DNA from: Sulfurimonadaceae bacterium
GTDB taxonomy: Bacteria > Campylobacterota > Campylobacteria > Campylobacterales > Sulfurimonadaceae
Reading direction: 5' to 3'
NCBI GenBank assembly: GCA_041548245.1
Contig: JBFESZ010000002.1
Span: 3,502 to 67,501, forward strand
Length of the DNA stretch: 64,000 nucleotides
This document shows positions 24,937-34,920 of the stretch, piece by piece. The translations under genes were made by a program, and so were the position numbers. The notes below the pieces were generated by a model. That model saw nothing but the letters and a program-made list of their open reading frames with translations, had not been told where the DNA came from and did no database searches. Within the stretch, counting starts at the first letter, position 1; each line of letters opens with the position of its first letter.

Positions 24937-25779
24937 TTATTCTTCAGGTAATCTCAAGATTTTAATATCAGCATTCACACGCATACGTTGAAAGTGTTCA
25001 CTGAGTATCTGTTCACGTTTTTCATCCATGATCTTTGCTTGAAGCTGGTCCCGGATGAGTTCAAGTGCAGGTGTGTTAAGTTCATTCTTTTTCATAAGAT
25101 AAAATGCCATATATCCGTTTTCACCTATCTGTGGTAAAACGGGAGTGAAATTTCCCTCTTGTGTAGCGATCAAGAGTTGAGCTAACCTTGGGTTGAGTTT
25201 GGCAGTCTCAAGGGTTTGTGCCTGTGTCTGGACATTTGGAAGGTTTATCATAGGGTTTGATATTTTTTGTTCAAGGGCATCTTTGCTCGGACTGGCGTAT
25301 ACCATAGTGTCGATTGACTTCGGTGTCGTGTATTCGTCAAGGTGAAGCTTGTAATACTCTTCAAGTTCTGCTTCGGTCGGCTCTTCCATCTGGGACATGG
25401 CGATAGTGTTAAAGAGTTTTTGTTTGAGCAGTTTCTCTTTTGTTTTTTTCTTTGTTTGCGATTCACTGAGATGACGTACTGAACTCATTGCCTCATAGAG
25501 CTGGGAGAGTGTCATATTGTTTTGTTCAGCCATTTTATTAAGATCATCAAGCACTTCTCGAGTACTTACGCTTATATTGCGTTTTTTGGCTTCCATCTGT
25601 TCAAGTCTTGATCGGATGAGAAGATCGACAGTCTGTTTGACGCTGAGTTGAGAGATGGCCTGCTCCTGCTGTATCTCATACAGTGTGATGATTTCATCAT
25701 CAACCGTCACGGCAATACCACCGATGATTTCGGCAAAAAGTATAGGGCTAAGCAGTAAAGAAAGAATAAGTTTTTTCAT
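24937..25779 (-). CDS. Periplasmic SurA-like chaperone (SurA N-terminal domain family)
   Basis: Signal peptide and a helical SurA_N-like organisation. No obvious parvulin PPIase domain. Its position between accC and gltX matches the C. jejuni SurA-like protein as I recall. Confidence 0.6.
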   Translation of the reverse strand: MKKLILSLLLSPILFAEIIGGIAVTVDDEIITLYEIQQEQAISQLSVKQTVDLLIRSRLEQMEAKKRNISVSTREVLDDLNKMAEQNNMTLSQLYEAMSSVRHLSESQTKKKTKEKLLKQKLFNTIAMSQMEEPTEAELEEYYKLHLDEYTTPKSIDTMVYASPSKDALEQKISNPMINLPNVQTQAQTLETAKLNPRLAQLLIATQEGNFTPVLPQIGENGYMAFYLMKKNELNTPALELIRDQLQAKIMDEKREQILSEHFQRMRVNADIKILRLPEE

Positions 25780-25867
25780 AAAAATCCGTCATTGTAAAGT
25801 GAAGAACTTTACCATCTTTTAACCAAGGATTAACTAAAATAGCAGCACTATAAAGTAGGGAAATATA

Positions 25868-27259
25868 ATGATTGTAACACGTTTCGCACCAAGTCCGACA
25901 GGCTATCTTCATATCGGTGGTCTTAGAACGGCTCTGTTTAGTTATCTATGGGCTAAGAAAAATAACGGAAAGTTTGTACTACGCATTGAAGATACAGATA
26001 TGAGCCGCAATAATGAAGAAGCAGCGAAGGCAATCGTGGATGCTTTTGAATGGGTGGGCCTCAAACATGACGGTGTCATTACTTACCAGTCACAGCGTAT
26101 GAGCATCTATAAAAAATATATTGATCAGCTTTTAGACGAAGGCAAGGCTTATAAATGCTATATGTCAAAAGATGAGCTTAATGCACTTCGTGAGGCACAG
26201 ACCGCACGAAAGGAACGTCCTCGGTATGACAATTCGTACAGAGACTTTACCGGTACGCCTCCGGAAGGGGTAGAGCCGGTTATCCGCATCAAAGCGCCTG
26301 AAACAGGTGCCATTATCATAAATGACGGTATCAAGGGAGATATCACGTTTCAGGCGGAAGATATCTTGGATGATTTTATCATCGCTCGCTCTGATATGAG
26401 CCCAACCTATAACTTTGTTGTAGCCGTTGATGATGCTTTGATGGGTATTACGGAGGTTATACGTGGTGATGATCATCTTTCAAACACGCCCAAACAGATG
26501 GTTGTCTACGAAGCGTTGGGATTTGATATTCCCAAGTTTTACCATGTTCCGATGATTCATAACTCCAATGGTAAAAAACTATCAAAACGTGATGGTGCGA
26601 CAGATGTGATGATGTATCAGGAGATGGGTTATACTCCTGAGGCATTATTGAACTTTTTGGTTCGCCTTGGTTGGTCTCATGGTGATCAAGAGATCTTCTC
26701 TATGGATGAGATGCTTGCAATGTTCGATCCAAAAGATATTAACAAATCCGCTTCGATCTATAATCCCGAAAAACTGGACTGGTTGAATGCGCATTATATT
26801 AAAAACATGGAGAATACAAAACTGGCGGAAGCTTTAGAAGCTTATGATATTGTTTTAACAAGCCATGATAAAAAAGAGATCCTTCTTGACGCTCTAAAAG
26901 AACGAGTGAAAACTTTAAAAGAGATGGCTGGGATGGTCAAAGAAGTATTGACAGCACCGAGTGTATATGATGAAAAAGGGATGCAAAAAGCTTTTAAAGG
27001 AAATGCAGATGAAGTCTTGAAACATTTTGTTCAAAAGCTTAGTCTTGCGGAAGAGCTGCATTTGCCAGTCGATTACCATAAGGTCATGGAGGAGACGATT
27101 ACAGAACTTGAAGTCGGGTTTGGAAAAATCGGGCAGCCTTTACGTATAGCACTTTTGGGTAAACTTTCCGGCCCTGGACTGGATGAAGTGATGGCCGTTA
27201 TTGGCAAGGATGAGACGCTTAAACGTATTGAGATGGTTCTAGAAAAACTGGGGGCTTAA
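25868..27259 (+). CDS. gltX: Glutamate--tRNA ligase
   Basis: Class I signatures: HIGG (PSPTGYLHIGG) and KLSKR. 463 aa. Confidence 0.95.
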   Translation: MIVTRFAPSPTGYLHIGGLRTALFSYLWAKKNNGKFVLRIEDTDMSRNNEEAAKAIVDAFEWVGLKHDGVITYQSQRMSIYKKYIDQLLDEGKAYKCYMSKDELNALREAQTARKERPRYDNSYRDFTGTPPEGVEPVIRIKAPETGAIIINDGIKGDITFQAEDILDDFIIARSDMSPTYNFVVAVDDALMGITEVIRGDDHLSNTPKQMVVYEALGFDIPKFYHVPMIHNSNGKKLSKRDGATDVMMYQEMGYTPEALLNFLVRLGWSHGDQEIFSMDEMLAMFDPKDINKSASIYNPEKLDWLNAHYIKNMENTKLAEALEAYDIVLTSHDKKEILLDALKERVKTLKEMAGMVKEVLTAPSVYDEKGMQKAFKGNADEVLKHFVQKLSLAEELHLPVDYHKVMEETITELEVGFGKIGQPLRIALLGKLSGPGLDEVMAVIGKDETLKRIEMVLEKLGA

Positions 27260-27381
27260 AAAACTGTTACGACTAGGTTTAAATAAAATATAATTATATG
27301 AACCGTTCTTTAAATTAATATCCCTTTAATCACTTGGCTGTTAATCTATTTAAGAGTAAGTCTGCATATTAAGGGTGTTGA

Positions 27382-29097
27382 ATGAGTGATTTGTTTCAGT
27401 TTGCCGAAGATAGGGAAGTGGTACAAGAGGCTTCAGGCAAGGCATGGAAGATCCTGGTTGTAGATGATGAGCCATCCGTTCATGATATTACGCGAAGTGC
27501 CTTAAAGCATGTCACCGTCGAAGGTCAAGCACTGGAATTGATTTATGCACTCAGTGGCGAAGAAGCGAAAAAGAAGCTTGAAGAGCATAAGAATATTGCT
27601 TTGGCCCTGATCGATGTCATTATGGAGACACCTTCTGCAGGATTGGATCTTGTCAATCATATCCGCAATGACCTCAAAAATGATTTTATCCGTCTTATTA
27701 TTCGCACGGGACAACCCCATGAAGTACCTGAACGCGACGTTATTGACCGTTATGACATCAACGATTATAAAGAGAAGACAGAACTGACAGTAGATAAGCT
27801 GTATACAGTCATACGCTCCGGCATCAAACAGTATATCCAACTCATTGAACTTTCCAATAAATACCAAGATGTCTATAAACAGATGACAACACATCCACTG
27901 ACCAAACTTCCAAACCGACAAAAACTCAATGAAGACTTAGATACGGACGGAGCAAAAGATCTTGTTCTGATTAACATTGATAATTTCAGTCTTATCAACG
28001 ATACGCAAGGTTTTGAAGTGGGTGATGAGCTTCTAAAACAGATGGGCGCTTTTTTGGTGAGTATGTATGCTGATGAAATGATGGTTTATCATCTTGAAGG
28101 AGATACCTTTGGTATCTTGTGTATGGATGAGCATATCAGTGAAGAGAGATTGGTCTGCATTAAAACAGATATTAATAAAATGACCTTTTTACTCGCTGGC
28201 GTTGAAAGTCGTTTGAGTGTGACGATGGGATTGGTCATGCGAGAAGAGGGAAACATCATACAAAAAGCACAGTTTGCTCTCAAAGAAGCACGTTCACATG
28301 GTAAGAACCGTATCAGCAAATATACGAAAGACATTAAAATCATACAGACCATACATCATAACTCAAAATGGACGAAACGTATTCAAGAAGCTTTGGCGAG
28401 CAGGAGTTTGAGAAGTTATTACCAACCTATTTTTGATATTAAAACAGGCAATCTTGTCAAGTATGAGTGTCTGGTACGTATGTTATATGATGATGAAATC
28501 ATTGGACCGAACGAATTTCTTGAGTGCGCAAAGATCAGTGGCCAATCGTACGCGATCTTTAAGTTTATGTTTGAAAATGCCTGTCAAAAAAGTAAAGGGT
28601 TTGATGGTCAGTTGACGATCAATATGACGGATTCGGACCTTCAAGAAGATGATCTGCTCTCATATGTGGAAGAGAGTTTTGAGAAGTATGATGTTGATCC
28701 TAAGCAGATAGGTATTGAGATACTAGAGCAAAAAAGTATCATGAAAAATGATCTGATAAGAAAGAATATCATTGCTTTGGCAGATAAAGGCATGGCTATC
28801 ATTATCGATGATTTTGGGATTGAATGTTCTAATTTTGGTCAGCTTGCCGATCTGCCTATCTCCATGCTGAAAATAGATGGAAGTTTCATAAAAGATTTGG
28901 ATATAAATGTCAAGCATAGGGTGATTGTAGAGTCGATTATCGAATTTGCGAAAAAGATGAATATTCCTATTGTAGCTGAGTTTGTGCATTCGCAAAAAAT
29001 TATGGATATAGTTAGAGATATGGGAGTACACTATGCCCAAGGCTATCATCTTGGAGAACCGCTTCCTGATCTTGTGGATTTGTCATACAGATATTAA
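27382..29097 (+). CDS. Response regulator with degenerate GGDEF and EAL domains (likely c-di-GMP phosphodiesterase)
   Basis: REC domain (LVVDDEP ... LIDVIM ... K). GGDEF-domain start HPLTKLPNRQ, but the signature reads LEGDTF. EAL-domain motifs ECLVR, N (TINM), EILE, DDFG, KIDG and QGY are present. Confidence 0.85.
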   Translation: MSDLFQFAEDREVVQEASGKAWKILVVDDEPSVHDITRSALKHVTVEGQALELIYALSGEEAKKKLEEHKNIALALIDVIMETPSAGLDLVNHIRNDLKNDFIRLIIRTGQPHEVPERDVIDRYDINDYKEKTELTVDKLYTVIRSGIKQYIQLIELSNKYQDVYKQMTTHPLTKLPNRQKLNEDLDTDGAKDLVLINIDNFSLINDTQGFEVGDELLKQMGAFLVSMYADEMMVYHLEGDTFGILCMDEHISEERLVCIKTDINKMTFLLAGVESRLSVTMGLVMREEGNIIQKAQFALKEARSHGKNRISKYTKDIKIIQTIHHNSKWTKRIQEALASRSLRSYYQPIFDIKTGNLVKYECLVRMLYDDEIIGPNEFLECAKISGQSYAIFKFMFENACQKSKGFDGQLTINMTDSDLQEDDLLSYVEESFEKYDVDPKQIGIEILEQKSIMKNDLIRKNIIALADKGMAIIIDDFGIECSNFGQLADLPISMLKIDGSFIKDLDINVKHRVIVESIIEFAKKMNIPIVAEFVHSQKIMDIVRDMGVHYAQGYHLGEPLPDLVDLSYRY

Positions 29098-29125
29098 AAG
29101 TTAATTACATGAAGGAATAGTTAGA

Positions 29126-30583
29126 ATGAGTCAAAAACATTATGAGGTTTTGATTATCGGTGCTGGTATTTCAGGTGCGGCTTTGGCCTATGAACTGGCA
29201 CGATATACCAATATCAAATCAATCGGTGTGATAGAAAAGTATGAAGATGTGGCTACTCTAAACAGTGCGGGTACTTCAAACTCGCAAACTATTCATGTTG
29301 GTGATATTGAGACGAACTATACGCTGGAAAAAGCGGCGATCACCAAAAGAACGGCAAAGATGGTGGAAAAGTATTGTCTGCAGTACCACTATCAGAATGA
29401 GATAATTTTTTCGCATCAGAAGATGGCACTTGGTGTAGGTGAGAAAGAAGTAGAGTTCTTATTGCACAGGTTTGAAGAGTTCTCGAAACTTTTTCCTTAT
29501 CTTGAAGTGTGGGATAAGGAAAAGCTCAAAGAGTTGGAACCTCGTGTTGTCTTTGATGAAAATGGGCAAGAGAGAGAAGAGCCAATCGTCGGGATAGGTG
29601 CAAAAGACCAATGGACCACTGTTGATTATGGAAAGATGGCAAAATCATTCCTGGAAAATGCCAAGGCACAAGAGGGCAAAAGCGTAGAGACATTTTTCAA
29701 CTCCGAAGTAACGAAAATTGAGAAAATGGATGACGGCAGTTATGTAGTGCATTGTTCAGACAGGATCTACAGCGCCGATTTTATTGTTGTCAATGCCGGG
29801 GCACATAGTTTGTTCTTAGCACATCAGATGGGCTATGGGCATAATTTGGGCTGTCTTCCGATAGCTGGAAGTTTTTATATGACTAATGAAAAAATGTTAA
29901 GGGGTAAGGTCTACATGATTCAAAACCCAAAACTCCCCTTTGCAGCTTTACATGGCGATCCGGATGTTCTTGCCGGTGAAAATACGCGTTTTGGACCAAC
30001 GGCTCTGGTTCTTCCTAAATTGGAACGTTATAAAAGCGGTACCTATATGGACTTTTGGAAGACGCTTCGTTTTGACAAAAATATTGCTATTGCTTTGTGG
30101 AAACTTCTCAAAGAGACTGATATCCGCTCTTATATCTTTAGAAACTTTCTGTTTGAGGTACCGATTTTGAACAAGTATCTTTTTTTGAAAGATGCACGCA
30201 AGATCGTACCCTCACTCAAACTGGATGAGTTTAGATATGCAAAAGGATTCGGCGGTGTGCGACCACAGGTTCTGAACAAGGATGAGCAGAAATTAATGCT
30301 GGGTGAGGCCTCGATTAATCCGGGTGAAGGGATTATCTTCAATATGACACCTTCTCCAGGGGCGACTTCATGCCTTGGTAATGCAGAAAGAGACGTAAGG
30401 TATATTGTCAACTATCTTGAGAAGAGTTTTGATGAAAAACTCTTTAATGATGAATTGACTGAAGGAGAGTATTGTGTCTTGCCAGAACCTTTGGCGTCAC
30501 AAAAAGCCCGTGTCAATCTAATCCGTGCGGAGATTGCCAGAACGCATGAGAAGTTCCATACGGACTATTCTCAACAGCGCTAG
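29126..30583 (+). CDS. mqo: Malate:quinone oxidoreductase
   Basis: FAD fold VLIIGAGISGAA. Length (485 aa) and overall pattern fit Mqo-family flavoproteins. Family call made by eye. Confidence 0.78.
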   Translation: MSQKHYEVLIIGAGISGAALAYELARYTNIKSIGVIEKYEDVATLNSAGTSNSQTIHVGDIETNYTLEKAAITKRTAKMVEKYCLQYHYQNEIIFSHQKMALGVGEKEVEFLLHRFEEFSKLFPYLEVWDKEKLKELEPRVVFDENGQEREEPIVGIGAKDQWTTVDYGKMAKSFLENAKAQEGKSVETFFNSEVTKIEKMDDGSYVVHCSDRIYSADFIVVNAGAHSLFLAHQMGYGHNLGCLPIAGSFYMTNEKMLRGKVYMIQNPKLPFAALHGDPDVLAGENTRFGPTALVLPKLERYKSGTYMDFWKTLRFDKNIAIALWKLLKETDIRSYIFRNFLFEVPILNKYLFLKDARKIVPSLKLDEFRYAKGFGGVRPQVLNKDEQKLMLGEASINPGEGIIFNMTPSPGATSCLGNAERDVRYIVNYLEKSFDEKLFNDELTEGEYCVLPEPLASQKARVNLIRAEIARTHEKFHTDYSQQR

Positions 30584-33500
30584 ATTGCTGAAGCCATCAA
30601 TTGGTTAATGGTCACGGTAATCTCTTTGAGACCTTTTGTCTCATAGTTTTCAAACACTTCAAGTTGTTCACGTGCTCCTGTGAATGCCTCATTTTCATTG
30701 GAGACGAAAGATGCAAAGGCATCTTCCGGGCTTTCGTCCACACGTTGAAAACTCAAAATCTTATGGGTGTAATGCACAACAAGAAAATCGATAAACTGCA
30801 GCATTTGACGTTTTAAGACACGTTCACTCTCCTGATTGACGGGAACATCATCCAAGGCCGTAAGCAATTCGATGATTTTAAACTCACTAACAATCATATA
30901 AAAGAGGGTCGCGACATCATCGAAACTGTGTTGTGTACTCTCTTTGATACTGATAGCGGCCACGGCAAAACGAAGGTATTCAATATGGGAGAAGAAACTG
31001 TTGAAATCATCTTTTCCAGGAATGAGTTCAACGGATTTGACATTGTTGATCTTGTCAAGCATTCTGAAAAGGTTGTCTCTGTTTCCCAGGATATGCGAAG
31101 CATCAATCTGATTTTTATTAAGATATTTGATCATCCATTTGACACTGAAGACCAGTGTCTTTTCCATCTCTGAAAGCAGGTGGTATTGTTGTTCACTTGG
31201 CATAATAAAGTCTTGTCTGAAGATTTCATGACGGATGTCATTCGTCCCAAACAGTTGAGAACAGATAAGATAAGATTTGATCTTGTTAATAAACTTCTCT
31301 TCACCGATACGCTCAAAATCACTGACAAAACTCACACCTTGAAAATTGATGACCTTATCGGCGATAATCGTAGCAATAAGTTCACGTTTTAACGGATGTT
31401 GCGAAATCTCATGTTCATAGATCCCGACAAAAGATTTTGGAAAATATTTGTATAGATAGTTCAAAGAGAAATTATCATCAACCAAGCTGGAGTTCAACAG
31501 AAGGTTTTTGACAAATATCTTGGCATAAGAGAGCATGGAGGCGAGAATAGGACGAACGATAGCCCCTTCCTTGTCGAGCATGGCATTGACGTTTTCATCC
31601 TTGGGGATATAAAAATCTTTACGCTTGAAAGCAGGAATATAGGTGTCAAGAATTTTGATGGCTTCAAGAAAATATTTGATATAGCTTTTAGAAAGTCTTT
31701 CGTCCCGCGATATGGCCAGACTTTGATTGTAGTTGTCCCATAAGACAAGGTTAACTACCTGTTCTGTCAGGCTTGTGAGGGTTTTGTTACGCTCTTCTTC
31801 ACTCAGCAGTCCCTTAGCCTGAATCGTATTCAGCAAGATTTTCAGGTTGACTTCATGGTCTGAGATGTTAACACCGGCAGAGTTGTCAATCCCGTCAAGG
31901 TTTATACGCCCACCTGCAAGAGCATACTCTATACGTGCACGTTGTGTGAACCCAAGGTTTCCCCCTTCACAGACAGAGTAGGCTTTGAGTTCATTGGCAT
32001 CGATACGGACACTTTCATTCTGTTTATCTCCGATATCAAGGCTGCTTTCATCAGAACTTTTGACATAGGTTCCAACCCCTCCATTGAAAAGCATGTCGAC
32101 TTTCATGCAAAGCAGTTTTTTGGACAGCTCCTCTCCGCTCAAGGTATTGCGGGTTGTACCGACCATCTTCTTGATCTCATCAGAAAGTTCTATAGATTTA
32201 TCCGAACGAAGAAAGACGCCACCTCCTTTGGAGATAAGTCCTCTGTTGTAAGCACTCCATGAACCGTCTTTGGATATAAAGAGTCGCTGTCTCTCTTCGT
32301 AAGCAGTTATGGGAATAGGGTCTGGATCGATAAATATCTCTTTATGGCTGATCGCAGCAAGAAGTTTAAAGGCTTTTGACTCGAGCATACCGTTGCCAAA
32401 GACGTCTCCATTCATCGATCCTAATCCGACAACAGTGATTGAGTCTTTATAAAAGTCAACTCCTTTTTCAATGAAAAAACGCTGTGTAGAGATAATAGCA
32501 CCTTTTGCTGTTATTCCCAGATCTTTGTGACCAAATCCGTTGGACCCTCCACTTGCAAAGGCATCCTTTAACCAAAAATTTCGCTCAACTGAGATGTTAT
32601 TGGCTACATCACTCATCTGGGCAGTGCCTTTGTCAGCCGCAACAACAAAGTAGGTGTCGTCATCATCGTAGGCAATGACATGTTCATGTCTGACAACTTC
32701 ATTATTGACTACATTGTCTACCATATCCAAGAGGTTATGGATAAACTCTGTATAGATCTTTTGAAAATACTCTTTTGTGATCTCCGATCTGTCCTTTCGA
32801 ATGATAAAACCGCCCTTTGCTCCATCGGGAACGATAATCGAGTTTTTACCCTCCTGGGTGATCATTAATGATTTTATTTCTGTACGATAATCTTCATGCC
32901 GCTCGCTCCATCTGAGCCCGCCACGGCTAATTTTGCTCATGCGAAGGTGGAGTCCGCTGAACTCTTTATGATAGACAAATATCTCAAATTTTGGCTGAAT
33001 GCCTTTAAGGTGTTCACTGAAAAGTTCTGTATGGATTTTTAAAGAAATTGCTTCTTTATCACAAAAATAGTTTGTACGTAGAAGTGACTGCAATAGTGTA
33101 TAGGTCAGTTTTAAAATTTTATCTTCAAGAATATTGGGGACAGCTTTAATATTCTCTTCGATCTCTTCGCTGATACATTTGAGAGAAGCGACTCTCTGTT
33201 TCGCATGTGGATCAAATTTACAGATGAAATAATCGACAAAGAGTTTGGTGATATGATGATGATGGTTGAGCGTTTGGATGATTCCGCTGGCACTGAGGCT
33301 TAAAACAGCTTGATCCAGGTACTCAATAATGGCCCGCATAAGAGTGACCTGGCGAAGGGAAAGGTTTTCTTTGTATACAAGGGAATATAGGCGGCATTTA
33401 TCAAAACTTTTCCCTAAAAGAGCCAGAGAAATAATATGTTCAATGTTCTCTTTGGATGATTTTAGTTTATCAAGTTCATCAATATCAAGGTTAAAGCGGT

Positions 33501-33768
33501 TGACAAAAACAGTGATGTTGTTTTTTGCAATGGAGTAGGTGATCTCATCGATAATGCTAAAACCAAAGTCATGTAAAACAGGTGTCATACTAGAGAGGTA
33601 AAGCCTCTCTGTAGAGTATATTTTAATGGATACATTGTCTTTGTCAAGAAAGATCTTGCTTACAATGGTCTCTATTTTTATCTGATTAAAAAGTTTGGAC
33701 GAGATTTTAAGATCATCAGATCGTAAAAGCTGTGAACAGACCGCATCGATATCAGAAATTTCAGCCAT
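30580..33768 (-). CDS. NAD-specific glutamate dehydrogenase, 'large' bacterial family (short ~1060-aa form)
   Basis: Catalytic core ISRGGLRWS ... PDGAKGGF, and dinucleotide fold VVGLGSMNGDVFGNG, embedded in a 1062-aa protein with long helical C-terminal extensions as in Bac_GDH enzymes. Confidence 0.8.
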   Translation of the reverse strand: MAEISDIDAVCSQLLRSDDLKISSKLFNQIKIETIVSKIFLDKDNVSIKIYSTERLYLSSMTPVLHDFGFSIIDEITYSIAKNNITVFVNRFNLDIDELDKLKSSKENIEHIISLALLGKSFDKCRLYSLVYKENLSLRQVTLMRAIIEYLDQAVLSLSASGIIQTLNHHHHITKLFVDYFICKFDPHAKQRVASLKCISEEIEENIKAVPNILEDKILKLTYTLLQSLLRTNYFCDKEAISLKIHTELFSEHLKGIQPKFEIFVYHKEFSGLHLRMSKISRGGLRWSERHEDYRTEIKSLMITQEGKNSIIVPDGAKGGFIIRKDRSEITKEYFQKIYTEFIHNLLDMVDNVVNNEVVRHEHVIAYDDDDTYFVVAADKGTAQMSDVANNISVERNFWLKDAFASGGSNGFGHKDLGITAKGAIISTQRFFIEKGVDFYKDSITVVGLGSMNGDVFGNGMLESKAFKLLAAISHKEIFIDPDPIPITAYEERQRLFISKDGSWSAYNRGLISKGGGVFLRSDKSIELSDEIKKMVGTTRNTLSGEELSKKLLCMKVDMLFNGGVGTYVKSSDESSLDIGDKQNESVRIDANELKAYSVCEGGNLGFTQRARIEYALAGGRINLDGIDNSAGVNISDHEVNLKILLNTIQAKGLLSEEERNKTLTSLTEQVVNLVLWDNYNQSLAISRDERLSKSYIKYFLEAIKILDTYIPAFKRKDFYIPKDENVNAMLDKEGAIVRPILASMLSYAKIFVKNLLLNSSLVDDNFSLNYLYKYFPKSFVGIYEHEISQHPLKRELIATIIADKVINFQGVSFVSDFERIGEEKFINKIKSYLICSQLFGTNDIRHEIFRQDFIMPSEQQYHLLSEMEKTLVFSVKWMIKYLNKNQIDASHILGNRDNLFRMLDKINNVKSVELIPGKDDFNSFFSHIEYLRFAVAAISIKESTQHSFDDVATLFYMIVSEFKIIELLTALDDVPVNQESERVLKRQMLQFIDFLVVHYTHKILSFQRVDESPEDAFASFVSNENEAFTGAREQLEVFENYETKGLKEITVTINQLMASAI

Positions 33769-33833
33769 GCATTGCTCCGGTATAGTTAATGTTCTATTCT
33801 AGAGCAGATTGTCTTAGTGAAATGTTAAAAGGT

Positions 33834-34493
33834 CTATTTCCTTGGTAGGCTTTTAGCCAATCTCAGAAAGCGTTTTAAAGAGAGTTTTGCGTGGCGGTCT
33901 ATCTTGTACTCGATCAGGTTCAGATAGTCCAAGATGTTATCAGGTTTTATCCCTGTTTTCTGGGATGACCTTGTAAGAATATAATAGGGGATCTTATGAG
34001 ATGAAGAGAGGAATTTTTCAGTGAGCTTTTGATATTTTTTACTTTTTCCGTGATAACACAAACGGGCAAAAACAAAAGGGAGTTTTTGACGTTCGTACCA
34101 TACTTTTGCCAGGTCGATCGCATCATCCCTATGGTTAAGAAAGTGTTTCAGCGCTTTGTCACCTATGATGACTTCGCCTTCAAGGCCCAATACCTGTGCA
34201 AGGACGTTTGAAGTGGCTGATGCTTTGTCCTTTATGCTTTTGCCCGGAAGCAGCAGAACACTGTGTACCTCTTTGCGTGCCAAAATACCGAGATCAGTGC
34301 ATTTGCATTTTTCGGACGCTATGCTGGAAATGAAAGCAGCATCGATTCTACGTGCTTTAAATGCTTCATTGATCTGCGAAGGAACACCGCGCTTATATTG
34401 TAAAATTTGATGTTGTTGAGAGCCTTTGAGATACCTTTTCATAAAAACATGAAAAGGCAAGAGGTTCAAGTACTCGATCTTTCCAAAAATCAT
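33834..34493 (-). CDS. mqnA: MqnA-family protein (chorismate dehydratase, futalosine menaquinone pathway)
   Basis: N-terminal GKIEYLNLLPF and SQINE...IDAAFISS match the MqnA/VitK2_biosynth pattern. 219 aa. Confidence 0.7.
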   Translation of the reverse strand: MIFGKIEYLNLLPFHVFMKRYLKGSQQHQILQYKRGVPSQINEAFKARRIDAAFISSIASEKCKCTDLGILARKEVHSVLLLPGKSIKDKASATSNVLAQVLGLEGEVIIGDKALKHFLNHRDDAIDLAKVWYERQKLPFVFARLCYHGKSKKYQKLTEKFLSSSHKIPYYILTRSSQKTGIKPDNILDYLNLIEYKIDRHAKLSLKRFLRLAKSLPRK

Positions 34494-34686
34494 GTCGGAA
34501 TTATAGCTGAAATAAAGCAGATATAGTGCGTTAAAGTGTCATCTGCCAACTTGAGTAGCTGTAAGATATAGCATGTGTCTGTTTGATATAAGGATTAATG
34601 ATTTTATCTAGATAAGGGCTCTAATATTGATTTAGCTATAATTACATCATTATTAATAAGGTGATTGACAAATCAGGCCTTAGAAA

Positions 34687-34920
34687 ATGGAGTATTGTGT
34701 GGTAACAATAGAATTTTTAGGACCAATACAAAAAGAAAATATATCTCTAAAAGCCGCATCCTTAAAGGATGTTGCACTGCGTTTGAGTGAAGATGAGGAA
34801 TTGAAGGCTTGGCTGGATACCTGTGCGGTCGCTGTGAATGATACCATGGTCATGGATCTTGATACCGAACTCAAAAGCGGAGACCGTGTATCTTTACTTC
34901 CTCCGGTGTGCGGTGGCTGA
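34687..34920 (+). CDS. moaD: Molybdopterin synthase sulfur carrier subunit
   Basis: 77 aa with a ubiquitin-like fold pattern, ending in PPVCGG (C-terminal Gly-Gly). Confidence 0.8.
   Translation: MEYCVVTIEFLGPIQKENISLKAASLKDVALRLSEDEELKAWLDTCAVAVNDTMVMDLDTELKSGDRVSLLPPVCGG

Noticed and set aside
34494-34686. Possible Moco riboswitch upstream of moaD-moaE-moeA
   Set aside because: I could not find the conserved Moco-motif elements or a convincing multi-stem structure in the 193-nt spacer. It would need a covariance-model scan (Rfam RF01055) to exclude formally.
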